Below, in pieces: positions 11,633-23,543 of a stretch of 64,000 bases of DNA. Location of the stretch: assembly GCA_003971905.1 (NCBI GenBank), contig RSEE01000036.1, positions 62,001 through 126,000 on the forward strand, read 5' to 3'. Source of the stretch: Moniliella sp. 'wahieum' (taxonomy: Eukaryota). How positions within the stretch are numbered: the first letter of the stretch is position 1; each line of letters starts with the position of its first letter. The position numbers were made by a program, and so were the translations under genes. Below the pieces are notes generated by a model that saw only the letters and a program-made list of their open reading frames with translations, was not told the DNA's origin and searched no databases.

Positions 11633-12531
11633 ATGGCCACTGAACAACTTCAAGCGCGCATCAACGCTCTCGAGGCGGAGGTAGATTCCCTCCGTGCGAC
11701 CCAGAGCACACTGCATCTCCCATCCCACCCCCCGGTCCCATCGCCGTTGAGCATAAGATGCGCCCGTTCCACTTCCAGGGCCACAGGCCAGTCCTGCGAC
11801 GCCAAGCAAGCCGCCGACCAAGTTCCAGCCCAACTACGATCACAAGGTGAGCTCGTTTGACCAGATGGGACTCAAGCCCGAACTTGTGGGTGCGCTACGG
11901 GAGAATGGGTACCTCAAGCCGACCGCGCTGCAGTCCGTCGCTCTGTCCCGATCGTTCGTGGACGCGATGTGCTCATCCAGGGCCCCATAGAGGCCGGGCG
12001 GATCATTTCGTATGCGCTTGCTGCGTTGCAGCTGGTAGACCCTTTGCGCGTTCATGTCCAAGCCCTCATCTTGGCCGCTAGCAAGGAACGTGCGGTACGC
12101 ATTGCTAAAGCTATCCGTGTGCTTGGTGGGGAAGATGCGGCGCCAGACAGCGAAACAACAGCCAAGGTGTACGCGTGTGTTCCTGGCCCATCCACATCTG
12201 CCGACATTGAAGCACTTTCGCGTCGTCCGCAAATTGTCGTTGGCACGCCCGGTCGGATCTTCCATCTATTGGACCGTGACCATCTCTCCACTTCCCACAT
12301 GAAGGTACTGATCTGCGACGAGGCGGACGACCTCTTGTCCACGTTCAAAACTTGTCGGTGAGATTCGCAGGATCTTGCCTGACAACCCGCTGTTTCAAAC
12401 CGTCTGGGCGGCCCGATAACTTCCCCCCGGGCGCGCTGGCGTTGGCGCTCAAGTATGCCCACTCGCCGACGATGGTCCAGGTGCGCACGCAGGATGGTGT
12501 GTTCCGCGTCGTTCAGGCCGGACACAAGTAA
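11633..12531 (+). CDS. eIF4A-like DEAD-box N-terminal domain only, degenerate motifs
   Basis: PNYDHKVSSFDQMGLKPELV..LKPTALQ (Q motif), RDVLIQ, QALILA, QIVVGTPGRIFHLL, MKVLICDEADDLLS; stop near 12531 with no RecA2 domain before the convergent gene. Confidence 0.75.
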
Positions 12532-12743
12532 GACGGAGGCTAGTCTCAGCTCTCAGCTCTCTGTCTCAGTACATCTGTTGCAAATTGAATTCATCGAACA
12601 CAACACAACACAATACAATACGTCCGTTGCCAATTCATCTCACTTGATTAACGATGAGCATCTGGATATTGTAGTCCTCCTTTTCTCCTCCCAACCGCGC
12701 TTGCTCTTGCTCTCGTACAGCATTACAGTATTAGTATTGCACC

Positions 12744-13850
12744 TTAGTACACCCGACCCGTGCCGCTGCAGCGCGGACAAGTTTCCGAACCAAAGAGGAA
12801 ATTGTCCAGCTGGCCATACCCACCGCAGAGCGGACAGGGTCTTCCGCCCAACCGTGGGTCGCCAGGGTTCACCACCAACGCACCCGGTGGCGGTACCCCC
12901 CAGGGGGGCAACTGCACCACGCCTGCTGGCACCGGGGGGGAGGAGCGTAGCCTCCTGGCGCTCGAGGGGGCAGAGACGGATAAGCACCCGGTGGCCCAGC
13001 CCCATAAGTATAGGTGCGCGGAGGGACTGGTGGTGGGCCCGGAGGCGGCGCATACCGTCCTGAAGGTCGTGCGTCGGTTCGATCGCCTCCGCTGACACCG
13101 GGACGTACGCGGCCTTGGCCGGCACTGGATCCAGAACGAATGTCGGACAGGCGTCGGGGCATAAGCGGGGCCTGGGTGCGTACCACATCTGCATACGCCG
13201 GTGGCAGTTCTTCCTCCGCCGCCGCTGCTGCATCTGCATCTGCATCTGTCTCCAGGCCCATGCTTCCTGCCGCGTGCGAGGGGGAGCCAGGGGCGGGAGA
13301 AGATGCACGAGCTGCGGTAGCCGATACCGACGCGGCGATCGAGTGAGCGGGCTGCGAGGCGGCGAGGAGGGAGACGGATGGGACGGAGGTAGATCCGGCG
13401 GCGACGGCCGAGGAGGCAAAGCGGGCGAGGGGGAGACTGCAGAGGTGCCATTGTGCACGGAGGCGGCGGGAGAGGAGAGATGGGAAGAAGCAGTGGACCC
13501 AGTGGGAGAGTGCTGACCGGTGCGCGCCGGACCAAAGGGTGAGGGGGTACCGGCGGGGGAGCGGCGGGGGGGCTGGGGCGGCAGACACGGGGGAAGGAAG
13601 CGTGGAGGCGAGCGAGGAAGTATCAAATGGGTTTATGCGTGCAGGGAGCGGGGGCACAGGCGGGGCAGACACGCCGGCGGCGGGTGGGGGGGAGGAGCAA
13701 ACGAAGGGAGGGGCGGGGGATGCGGGGCGGGGCGAAGGGCGCGGGGACGGGACTGGCCAGAGGCGGAGGCGGATGCGGCGGGGGCGGATGCGGCGGGGGC
13801 TGGTAGTTGGATGGCGCAAAGGGGTTGTTGCTCCCTGGGGCGGTGGCCAT
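12744..13850 (-). CDS. HUA1: Proline-rich Hua1-like protein with C-terminal Cys4 zinc finger
   Basis: N-terminal NNPF and INPF motifs, PPAY, poly-Pro; C-terminus ALVVNPGDPRLGGRPCPLCGGYG...ETCPRCSGTGRVY is typical of Hua1. Confidence 0.75.
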
Positions 13851-14331
13851 GGCGCGCGTGGCCGGGCAGAAGGCGGGCGAGGAGGGAGAGGGATGGTCGA
13901 TGGATGGTGGCTGCGCAGGCCGCCTGCGCGCGCCTGCTAGAAACAGCATCGATGGTCGATGGGGCTGGACAGCCTGGCCACGTGTGATGTCATGGCACAG
14001 GGCATGTCACATGTCACACATTCCATTCCGCCCGTTCCGGAGCCCATGGGACGACAACATGCGTCACGACAAGTACATAGTATGCACCGCCGGTATGAAT
14101 CCTTCCTCGTCGGCCTCTGGGGCCGCTTGTTGCTGTGGAAACGCAAGTTGCCCCACAGTGGTACGCTTGTGATCCATCCAGCTGCGCCAACCAGCCAGAG
14201 GGGTGCGCTGCTTCCCATTCCTCTTGTTCTACCCGTGTTCTGCATATCCTGTTACCACCTGCTCTCTCATTAGGCCCATTAGGGTGTATACAGGCATGTC
14301 GTATCTTAAAGCATCTCGAGTTGGGGAGTAT

Positions 14332-15466
14332 TTAGACCTTCACGGACCCGGCAATGGGTTGCACGACCGTGTCCGTATCAAGAGCTTTGACACTCGGCGT
14401 GCCCACCACGGTATCGTCCGAATCACTAACCGTGGGCGACTGGGATCCTGCAACGTCTCTCCGGCCAGGTCTTCCGTCTCGGCATGCCATACCGCCTGGG
14501 TGCGCGCGAGGAACAGTGTGTAGTACTCGCGCCTGGTCCATGCAAATGCCGGTCCAACGTACTTTTTTGTAGCCTTGGTAAAGTCTTCATCTCTTGCTTT
14601 AGCTGGTTGAATAGGTCTGTGCGATCGGTGAGCACTGCACTGACCCCCCACCGCGTCGCCTCTACCATTTCGTCTGGCCGATTGACCGTCCAGACCATCA
14701 CGTCCTTTCCAGCCGTCTTGGCATCCTGAGGAACGCCTGTCCAGCAGCCGAAACAAGGGATGGAAGTACATGCTGAATCCATCACACGCATGCCAAAAGT
14801 ACTGTCTAGCCAGGCGTGGGGAGCCTCCAATATGGATCCGCCGAAGAGACGGGACCAGTGCCATAGCTGGTGCGAGAAACTTGGGATGCCATAGACCTAG
14901 GATCAAGCGCGGCGCCAATAGACTCTCGTACTGTTTGTACCGCCTAACCACCTTGTCCATCAGACGGAAGAGACGATACGGGTCGTTGTCTGGCTTCACG
15001 TCAATGTTGGCCTTAAGATGGAGGTACTGGGGCTGCATGAGCAAGTCGCAGAGTTCTTCCAACGTCGGGATCTTCTGTACTGGTTGTTTCAGCGTCCGGA
15101 CCTGGTCAATGCCCCCAATATAGTTTTGCTCCGAATCTTCCCGCTGCCATCGGTCGTCCTGCCGAGAACCGAATCGTGGAAGAGCACAATCACGTCGTCT
15201 CGGGTGACATGGATGTCGGTTTCAATCGCATCCGCACTGTCCTTGGCAGCCATTTGGAAGGAGGCCATGGTGTTTTCAGGAAACGCAGCCGAGGCCTGAA
15301 TTAAAATCGGTCAGCACTGACTAGTGACTGCCATGCGTGTCCTCCTTTGCCCATCGAGAAGGCATTTCACTAGCACAGTACGCATGATGCGTGGCGGGTT
15401 AGACGGAGAGAGACGTACACCGCGATGGCCCCAGCATTCAGGCATCCTAGTAGGGGTGGCTGCCAT
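14332..15466 (-). CDS. Glycerophosphodiester phosphodiesterase, Pgc1-like; intron 15296-15418
   Basis: MPECWGHRG|ASAAFPENTM, AIETDIHVTRDDVIVLFHD, NIDVKPDNDP, RLILGLWHPKFL, VMVWTVN, GVSAVLTD. Confidence 0.85.
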
Positions 15467-16990
15467 GGTGACGGTTGCCAAGTCGTGTGGTGTGGGTGTA
15501 ATGGTGGGATGAAGAGAAAGGAGGATGCATCGCGGACAGCTGTTATTTTCTTCTCAAAAGCGAGACTGGCAATGGTGGTAGGTAGGGGGGGGGAGAGATT
15601 GTGGTGCGCGTGCGCAAAGGATTGCAGTTGCGTGTTTCTTCAGTGGCACATTTGCAGTGCGCTATAATTATCTCTATCTTTACGCGCCTTTTTACGTGGC
15701 ATAAATATCAGTCTTGTCAGCCTATCGTGGATCGATGCACGTGCGGAACTGTCAAGTGGTGGCCTTGGCCTGGGGCGGAGTGGGGATAGATAACTTGACC
15801 CACCCACACCAGCACTCTCGATCGGGCGTCGAGGGGCTGAGGCATCTCAGATCTCACTGCTTTGCCTGTCCGTTCTACGCGGCGACTTGCCGGCAGCATA
15901 AAAGATCTGTTGTGTTGCGCGCTGAGGCGCAGTCGGCCACTAACCCTCCTGGCTTCTGCATGATAAGGCACGTGTGCTGTGATCGTCGGGTGAGAAAAGA
16001 ACGGGATGAATATTGAATCCTCCCGACGGCGGCCAGATATATACACGCGCTGCGTGATATACGCATGGATGGTACGGCCGTGTGAGAAGGCGGAGCGGAG
16101 CATTGGTGCACAGCACTTGGCGCGACTTGGGGCGCGAGCTCCATGCCATGTCGGCTGATCTGGATCGGAGGGGCGAGGCAGCAGGAGGCAATGTGCCTTA
16201 CTTGTTGTTTCGACTGCCCAAATTAAAGCGATGGCGCATTCTCTCTTGTCTTGATTCGGCACGTGGGCCAGCGCTGCCAGTGCCCAAAAAGTCACGCGGG
16301 AGGAATTGAAATGTACACTTTGAAACCAGTTCGACCCAGGGCACGTGACATGTGACACCCGCACGTGATGCGGGACGCGTCGTGTGACCAGGGCCCCCGC
16401 CGGTGCAATGTTCAAGTGGGGACTGCTGCGGATGCGCGGAGGGCAAATTGCCGCGGAGGGCGGGGCGGCTGAAAGCTGTGGGTGTGCACGTGAGCGTGAG
16501 CGCGAGCAGCCCAGCCGGGAGGTGATGTGGCGTGGAAAAAGGGTTATGGCGTTGGTGCATGTGATGCGTGGCGTGTGACATGTGAGTGTGACCGGCGCAA
16601 CTGGTCACCGGTCAGCCGGGCCGGCGCCAGGTGAGTAGTGACTAGTGGCTACTGACTGGTGACCGGTGAGGCCTGAGGCTCAGGCCTGAGGTTATGAAGG
16701 CCGGCATGACGTCAGTGCGCTGCGCCGATCCGGCGAGCAGAAGACAAGGACCAACAGCAGGCTTGCCGCTGGCCCAGGAGCACCCGTGGCTGCGATGTGT
16801 GCGCAGGCACGCAGGCGCTCCGCCTCCGCCGCCCCCCGCAGGACCTCCGGTCTCGTACTCAGCATTCGCCTGTCCGAGCCCATCTCCCTCCCAGCCACCC
16901 AGCCCCACTAGGTGCCCCCCCCCCTGGACGCAGCTCGACGCCTGCGGCTGAACACGCTGAGCACGCAGCATCGCATCCTGCCCCCCTCGG

Positions 16991-19900
16991 ATGCGTCTGC
17001 CGTCGTACTCGGGCCCGTTCCAAGTCGGTTGCATCGACCTCGAGGTGCCTGTCCGCCGCCCCCGCACCTACGGCACCGACATTGTGCCTCCCGAGGTGCT
17101 CAACAAACCGCAGTACCGCCATCCGCTGCGCAGCACGCTCCAGCGCTGGCTGTTCCAGCGGCGCGTGCGCGATGGTGTCCGCCGCAGAAGCAAGGCCTAT
17201 TCCTTGTGGCTCGACATGCACGGTCTGGCCTTCACCGAGGGACCTCCAGGCCGTACCCGAACGCGCCACCACCATGCCAAGCGTCATGCGCATCGCCGTG
17301 CCCCCCCCGCCGCCCGACACGTGCTCCCAGCGCGCCAAGGACAGCAGAACCAAAACCAACCCCATTACTGCCAAACCCTCCGATCGGCCCGAACCGACCG
17401 CAGGAGGAAACGGCAGTACTCGTATTGCGTTGACGACGATCACGATCCAAGCGATTTGAATCCGTTTAGTTACAACTCCAAAACCTCCACTTTGCACTTG
17501 GAAACGGTTCTGTTTACTCTGTACTACCCCTCGTCCTACGTGCCTTGCACCTCCACCGCCTTCCCACCGCACAAGCACCACAAGGACACGTACAGCGCAG
17601 CCACATGGGTCAGTCGGCCGCTGCGCAAATCCCTTGCAGGCCTTCTGGCTACCTGGGCCAGTATGGAGCAGTGGGGATGCTAGCCTCGCCTGCGGTGGTG
17701 TCCTTGTTGAATGCGACGCTTCCTGTGCACGTAGGTGCGCCGCTCGCTTCGCCCGCGGACGAACGGATGGAGGCAATTGCGTTTCCGCGTGCCATGGGCG
17801 AGGGGGAACAGATGCGCACCCAGCGCCAACGAGAGAAGCGAGAGAACAACAAGACCATTCTCCTGACTTTGACCGTGCCAGCCCATCGTTTTCAGGCAAG
17901 TTTGTGCGCTGGCTGCGGCGGGACGACCAAGAACGTTCGCCTCCGATGCAGCCTGGCACGCATGCCGACGCATCGGGAGAATGGTACACCGTTCCTGAAG
18001 GACAACCGGACCCTGTATTTGCCAGTGTGCACAATGGCAAGCACTTGCCCGTGATGATCTTTTCCCATGGCCTAGCGGGGTCGAGGACGAGTTACTCGCA
18101 GTACTGCGGTACGCTCGCTTCGCATGGCGTTCTTGTTGCTGCGCTAGAACATCGTGATGGTTCTGCGCTCCATACTGCTGTCCGCTCCACCCGTCCAGGC
18201 CATCGGGCAGGCATGCGCGCATTTCGTACGGACGATGGTCCGCCTATCCGGGGCGGGGGAAGACGCTCTCGCTCTCCCACCCCGACTGGCGGAGGGGGAG
18301 ATGAAGTGGATCCGTCTCGGCCGGCCGGGAACAGCTGGACAAGTTACCCGAGTCCAGCCCTGACGAGCAAGAACAGCGTATGCGACAAGAGGAAACTGCG
18401 CGGGCGAAGCAAGCCAAGTTCCGGTCGGACGTGCAAGCCTACAAGGAGAAAGGTTCTCGGTATACGCGGCAGTACGGGTCGGGGTTCGGGCGCGGGTACA
18501 TCAAGCGGAAGAGGATGGGGTATCTGCATCCACGTAACGCTGCAGTACCCCAACTACTGTTTGAGAAGTTCAACCTTCGTTCTTTCCCTACCGACCCGAC
18601 CAAGGAAGAAGCTGGGCTGCGTGCGGCTCAAATTAAGATGCGCATCGATGAGATCGAAGAGTGCCGGCACATTCTGCACCGTATCAACCGCGGGGAAGGG
18701 TACGATGTGTATCTCGAGAGCACGCGCGGGCTAGGATCCAAGTTGGCGCGCAACCACGCCACGCCACACCTCCAGCGGAAAGCCTCATAGCCAACCCTTT
18801 GCAATTGAAGGAATGGCAAGGGCAGCTGGACGTTGACAACATTTTCCTTGTGGGCCACTCCTTTGGCGGGTGCACCGTCGCCGAGGCGCAGCGCAACCTC
18901 GCTACCCCCCTTTCCGTCGGGACTAATGCTGGATCCATGGACGGAACCCATGTCGGAGCAAGGCACGATTGACCGTCCCTCTTTGCCATGAACTCGGAGA
19001 CGTTCACAGTCTGGCAAGAGTCGTTTGATAAGCTGAAACGGATCTGTCATGGAGCTCGACAAGAGGCAGAGGGACGAGGATGGATCCTCACGTTGGCCGG
19101 GACGGATCATCTTAGCTTTAGTGACTTGCCTATCATTCTCCCGCACCTCCTTCGGTCTGCAGTCAACCCGCTCAAGTAAGCACGCATCCCTCCCCTCAGG
19201 CCCTCAGGCCGTATTGCTACACCTTCTGTTCTGGATTACCGATTACGATCGAGAGACACTCACTAACCCCCCATTCCTGTCCTCTTCTCCCCTTTGGACG
19301 CACAGATCAGTGGCCATCTTTGCTCTCGCAACCTATACCCAACTAGGTCTGATGCTGCAGACGAAGCATCCCACCATCGCGCTTTCGCACGACCAGCTCA
19401 AAGCCGCCGTGGAAGCAGTCGAGCCGTCGTCTACCTCTTCCTCTCCGAACCGGGCGTACTTTTTCGCCCCCCCCCATGGCGTGGGAGGGGAAGAAGGCGA
19501 GCCGATCCCGGCCGGGGCAGAGGAACTCGGTACCGAACGAACCGAACGAACCGAACGAACCTCCCCAAGCCGACGCAGTGGTGTGGGAGGTGTGATTGCC
19601 CATCGCTCTCCTAGCGGTAACTTGGTCACGGAAGAACGCCAACCTACTGATCCCGTCGACTTTGTCGATAGTGCGCATTTGATCCGCGCGATCGAGCGGG
19701 CGACGGAAGGCGCGGCAGGCGGACGGGACAGCGCGTTGCGGCCTGATACGGATGCGGATGCGGATGCGGATGCGGATGCGGATGCGGATGCGGATGCGGA
19801 TGCGGAGAGTCAGTTGACAGCGGCTCCAGTCCCGGAGCGGAGGGCAACATGGTCGTCTGTCGATTGCTCCCCACCGGAGGGTACGGTCCCAGGTACAGGT

Positions 19901-20179
19901 ACAGGTACAGGTACAGGTACAGGTACAGGTACAGGTACAGGTACAGGTAAAGATCAAGAGGAAGATCAAGAGCAAGAGTGTGGGACTGGGACGATGCGTT
20001 GGAGGTCTTGCGCCGCACGCAGGCCATGTCGGACGCGATTGCCAGTACCAAGAACACTCGATCCTGTCCGTGTTGGGGTGGATGATGTCCTCGCAGGGCT
20101 TGCGACCTGGCGGAATCAGTACCCCAGGAACCATCTTGGCGCACCAGTACTAACCTCGTCCCTAGTCCCTGGTCCCTAG
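16991..20179 (+). CDS. Platelet-activating-factor acetylhydrolase-like alpha/beta hydrolase; intron 19176-19305
   Basis: [70 protein letters not shown], nucleophile [17 protein letters not shown]. Confidence 0.85.
19750..19806 (+). repeat. (GGATGC)n coding microsatellite, (DA)n
   Basis: About 9 perfect hexamer units. Confidence 0.95.
19891..19948 (+). repeat. (AGGTAC)n coding microsatellite, (GT)n
   Basis: About 9-10 perfect hexamer units. Confidence 0.95.
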
Positions 20180-20438
20180 TCCCTGGTCCGCCGCCGGTGC
20201 CGTATCGCTATCGCACGTCGTGCATGTCGTGCATGTCGTGCGTGTCGTGCATATCGTACACCATGCACCAGGGCCGGGAGAATGGGGGCAAACAAACGTA
20301 CATATTACATGGGCGAGAGGTGCCCATGGACGCACAATGCACTCTGTTTTTGTTATTTTGGTTCATGTTACACGCTTTTGTCTTCCGAGGGCCCCATGCT
20401 CCCGAGGGAGGGCGTGCCAGCCACTCCAGACTACAGTC

Positions 20439-20552
20439 GAGGTGGACAAGAGGTGGACAGGAGGTGGGCAAGAGGTGGACCAGAGGTGGGCAAGACGTGG
20501 ACAAGAGGTGGACCAGAGGTGGACAAAAGGAGGTGGACAAAAGGAGGTGGAC
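20439..20552 (+). repeat. Imperfect 11-14 bp minisatellite (GAGGTGGACAA)
   Basis: About 10 variant copies of GAGGTGGAC/GAGGTGGGC plus a short spacer. Confidence 0.9.
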
Positions 20553-21597
20553 TGCTGACTGGCGTTTTCTGGCAACGAAGTTGAAGAAGACACGATGTAA
20601 GGATGCTTACGCGCACCGCCTACTCTACTCGTTGTGGCAGAGCGGGCGGGGGAGGGAAGATAGAAGCTAGTGGAGGCACTGAGTACTGGGCGCGCAGAGG
20701 CTTGCTGAGGATGGGCGTGGTGGGTAGCAGAAGAGGGTGGAAGAGGGTGGAGAGGAGAGCGGGGTGTAGGTCGGTGGAGAGGTGGAGAGGGGGGTGGAGA
20801 AGCCCCTTATTGGGACATGAAACATTGAAATAATCTGATTTGAAATGTGAGCTGGCTTCCCCTTGCAGGTATGTTGCGGGCCGTGTGGAGCGCGTCCAGA
20901 TAGATATCCAGCAGGATATCTATGACGGACGCAATGCACCAGTCCATTCAATCTTCCATCGTTCATCGCCACACCCCGATCCAGGACACATGCGGCGGAG
21001 GCCAGGGCACGTGACGCAGAGGCAGGAGGCAGTAAGGCACGGTACCTCCTCCATCCCAAAAGCCTGCTGGGCCTCAGATCCTGATCTGAGAGCGTCAATG
21101 CCTCAGCTCGTGATGGGCCTGGTGATCGAGAGGATGGATGACGGATGCACGCCGATGCATGATGCGATCGACGATGGGCGATGGCAGGGAGAGCGTGCGG
21201 GAGATACTCGATGGCCGACATTCAATGACATAACGATGTCTTGTTTTGGCAGGACAATAAGCACAACTGAGATCCGGGTGTGGGGGCGCGTACAGAGGGG
21301 AGACTGGCGGTTTCATTGCCTGGTGGCTGCCATTGGGCACCACCATATGCGATGGGGCAGCTTGCCTGGTCTGCGGTGTCGGGTGTGCTGGATGAATGTG
21401 AGATCACCAGTCAGGCTGAGGCGCTGAAGGCTGAAGCACCGTGCAGGGCGGGAGCAGTGGTGGCTTTTCTACGAGAGGTTAGTGCCGGGATGACCTCATC
21501 GATCAGGCTCCCCTAGCGCAGTACTTGCCCCCTCGAATATGGACTGGACTCTATACGCCGGTCCCGACTGGGCTCCCCGCATCGGGGAGGTGGCGTG

Positions 21598-23021
21598 GAT
21601 CGCCTCGATCGATCAAGTGACGAGTCACAGTCATGCATCCTGCGTGCTCCACCAGCAGGCACCAGCAGGCACCCGCCTCCCGTCTTCACATTTCAAAGCG
21701 GCAAGGAGCGCCAGCCAGTACGTCAGTGTTTGGCCGTGGACCCTTGGGGTGCTCCCCCACACTGCGCCTGTGCCGCCTCCGCCATGGGCTACCCTGCGCC
21801 ACCCAGGACTGCACCCTCGCTGGCCATCCGACATGCATCGCCTCCTGCGTCACGCGTTACGCGTCAGGCGTCAGGCGACGCCCGTAGCACACCACTGCCT
21901 GTCAGTCTTCCGCCGTCGCCACAGCACACCCACCTGTCCGCAGCCCTTCTCAGCTGGGTCTCTGGCGTCTCCCTCACCACCCCCCCCACCCCCCACCACC
22001 AACAAAGAAGGCCAAACCATGCGCCCGACGACGCCTCCTTGCGACACGCCTCCGTTGAGCCCCCCCAACGCCCCCCGCTTGCGCTGTACACTGCGGGGTC
22101 ACAATCCTCTCTGGCGCATCCAGCTCCGATGGCCGCTTCTCCTACCGCTCCATGGACTGGGACCGCCGTGGCAGCATCAGCACCGTTGCCACCACTGCCC
22201 TTGGCTCGTTCCATTCCTCATACAAACGCAAATTGAGCGCCGATCCCACATCTGCATCATCCCTCTTCCCTCTGACTGACGCCCCCCCCGGCACCGTGTC
22301 CGAGCAAAATCTGTCCGCCGATCTCTCTGACCCGGCCGACCAAGCTTCTTCCTCGGGCGAGCAACAAGGGGATGTGGTGTCATGGTCCACCTTTGATACA
22401 TGTGAGCGTCCTTCAAAAGGTACCTTTTCGTTTGCAACGCTCTGGGATACGCTGCCATCGATAGAGGAGTCTTCTTCAACCAACAAACCTGGCGAAAAGG
22501 ATGTGTTACTCTCCCCGACCGACGCGAGAACAAAGGATGGTCAACGATCCAACCTGGACTCTGTGGAGAAGGCGCTTCACCATGGCTTGGGCATGCACTT
22601 GAGCCAATACGAGCTACATCTCACCTTTGACATTGCCGGCGCCGAGTACGTGCGTGCGCTATCTTGCACATATGGGTTTTCCAGGGAACCTCCCGGCGGG
22701 CGAGGGGAACAACGTTATTTTGCCATCTGGCCCGAACTGCCGCCAGTCCAGGCGCCCATGACCTCCCCACCATCACCTTCTGGACCTGCATCGGAAGCAG
22801 ATGAAGTAGACTCCTGCGGAGCTGGATCAACCCACCCCCGCTTTCTAGTAGCCCCTCTTCCTTGTCCTCATCGCAACCTTCCCTGTCGGAGCGGAGTGGC
22901 CCTGCCCCCGTGGCGACCGACTGGCGCCATGTCCTCCTTCCTACTGTCACCTCGTTGGAGCCGGCGTGGACTGAGTGGGTTTGGTGTTAGCGCCCAAGCT
23001 ATCACCACCACCATTCTCTGA
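21598..23021 (+). CDS. Hypothetical Ser/Pro-rich protein (possibly frameshifted)
   Basis: Overlapping ORFs 21595-22236 and 22152-23021 with protein-like composition (RRGSISTV, KRKLS); no family recognised. Confidence 0.3.
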
Positions 23022-23543
23022 TTTCGCCTCCTCCTGTTTCCTGCATTGCCCACATGCGTTTTTCTTTTTGATGGTGGCTCTTGCAAACGGTTTGTCTGTC
23101 TATAATCCACGGGTTGTTGCTGATGCTATTGTTGCTATGATGGCCACCGCCGTGCCAAGATTGTTCACCACACGGCTGCCGCATGTGGATGGTACATCGT
23201 GGCATAGTACATAGCACCAAGGTAGTCAAATTTGTTGCTGGTTGAACGTTGAATTGTTTTCCAACAAGGAATTGCGCATTGAAGGATGGCCAGGATGATG
23301 GATGGATTGAAGCTCAAGCCCCAAAAGCAGGGGGATGCGCATCACCTTGACGAAAGCTGGTCCAAGCGCCAGGCCGCTTTCTTGTTGTGATGAGGCCTTT
23401 TTGTGTTGGCCCCAGAGGCACTTTGCCCAGGACAAAGCGGGTGGGGTGGTTAGGTAAGCGGGTGTGCGGCATGCGCCCCCCCGTGGGTGCTATGTTGCTC
23501 GGCCGGGCGGGTGGGCGGCCGACATCAACGCACGCATCGACCG

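Noticed and set aside
13540..13800. G-rich tract as a regulatory G-quadruplex
   Set aside because: Explained by poly-proline codons of the HUA1-like gene on the minus strand.
16859..18040. Long antisense ORFs (also 55300-56427, 31769-32635, 60164-61330)
   Set aside because: Shadows of GC-rich coding sequence on the opposite strand or GC-rich chance ORFs; no recognisable motifs.
20439..20552. CRISPR-like array
   Set aside because: Units are 11-14 bp with no unique spacers, there are no cas genes, and the context is eukaryotic.
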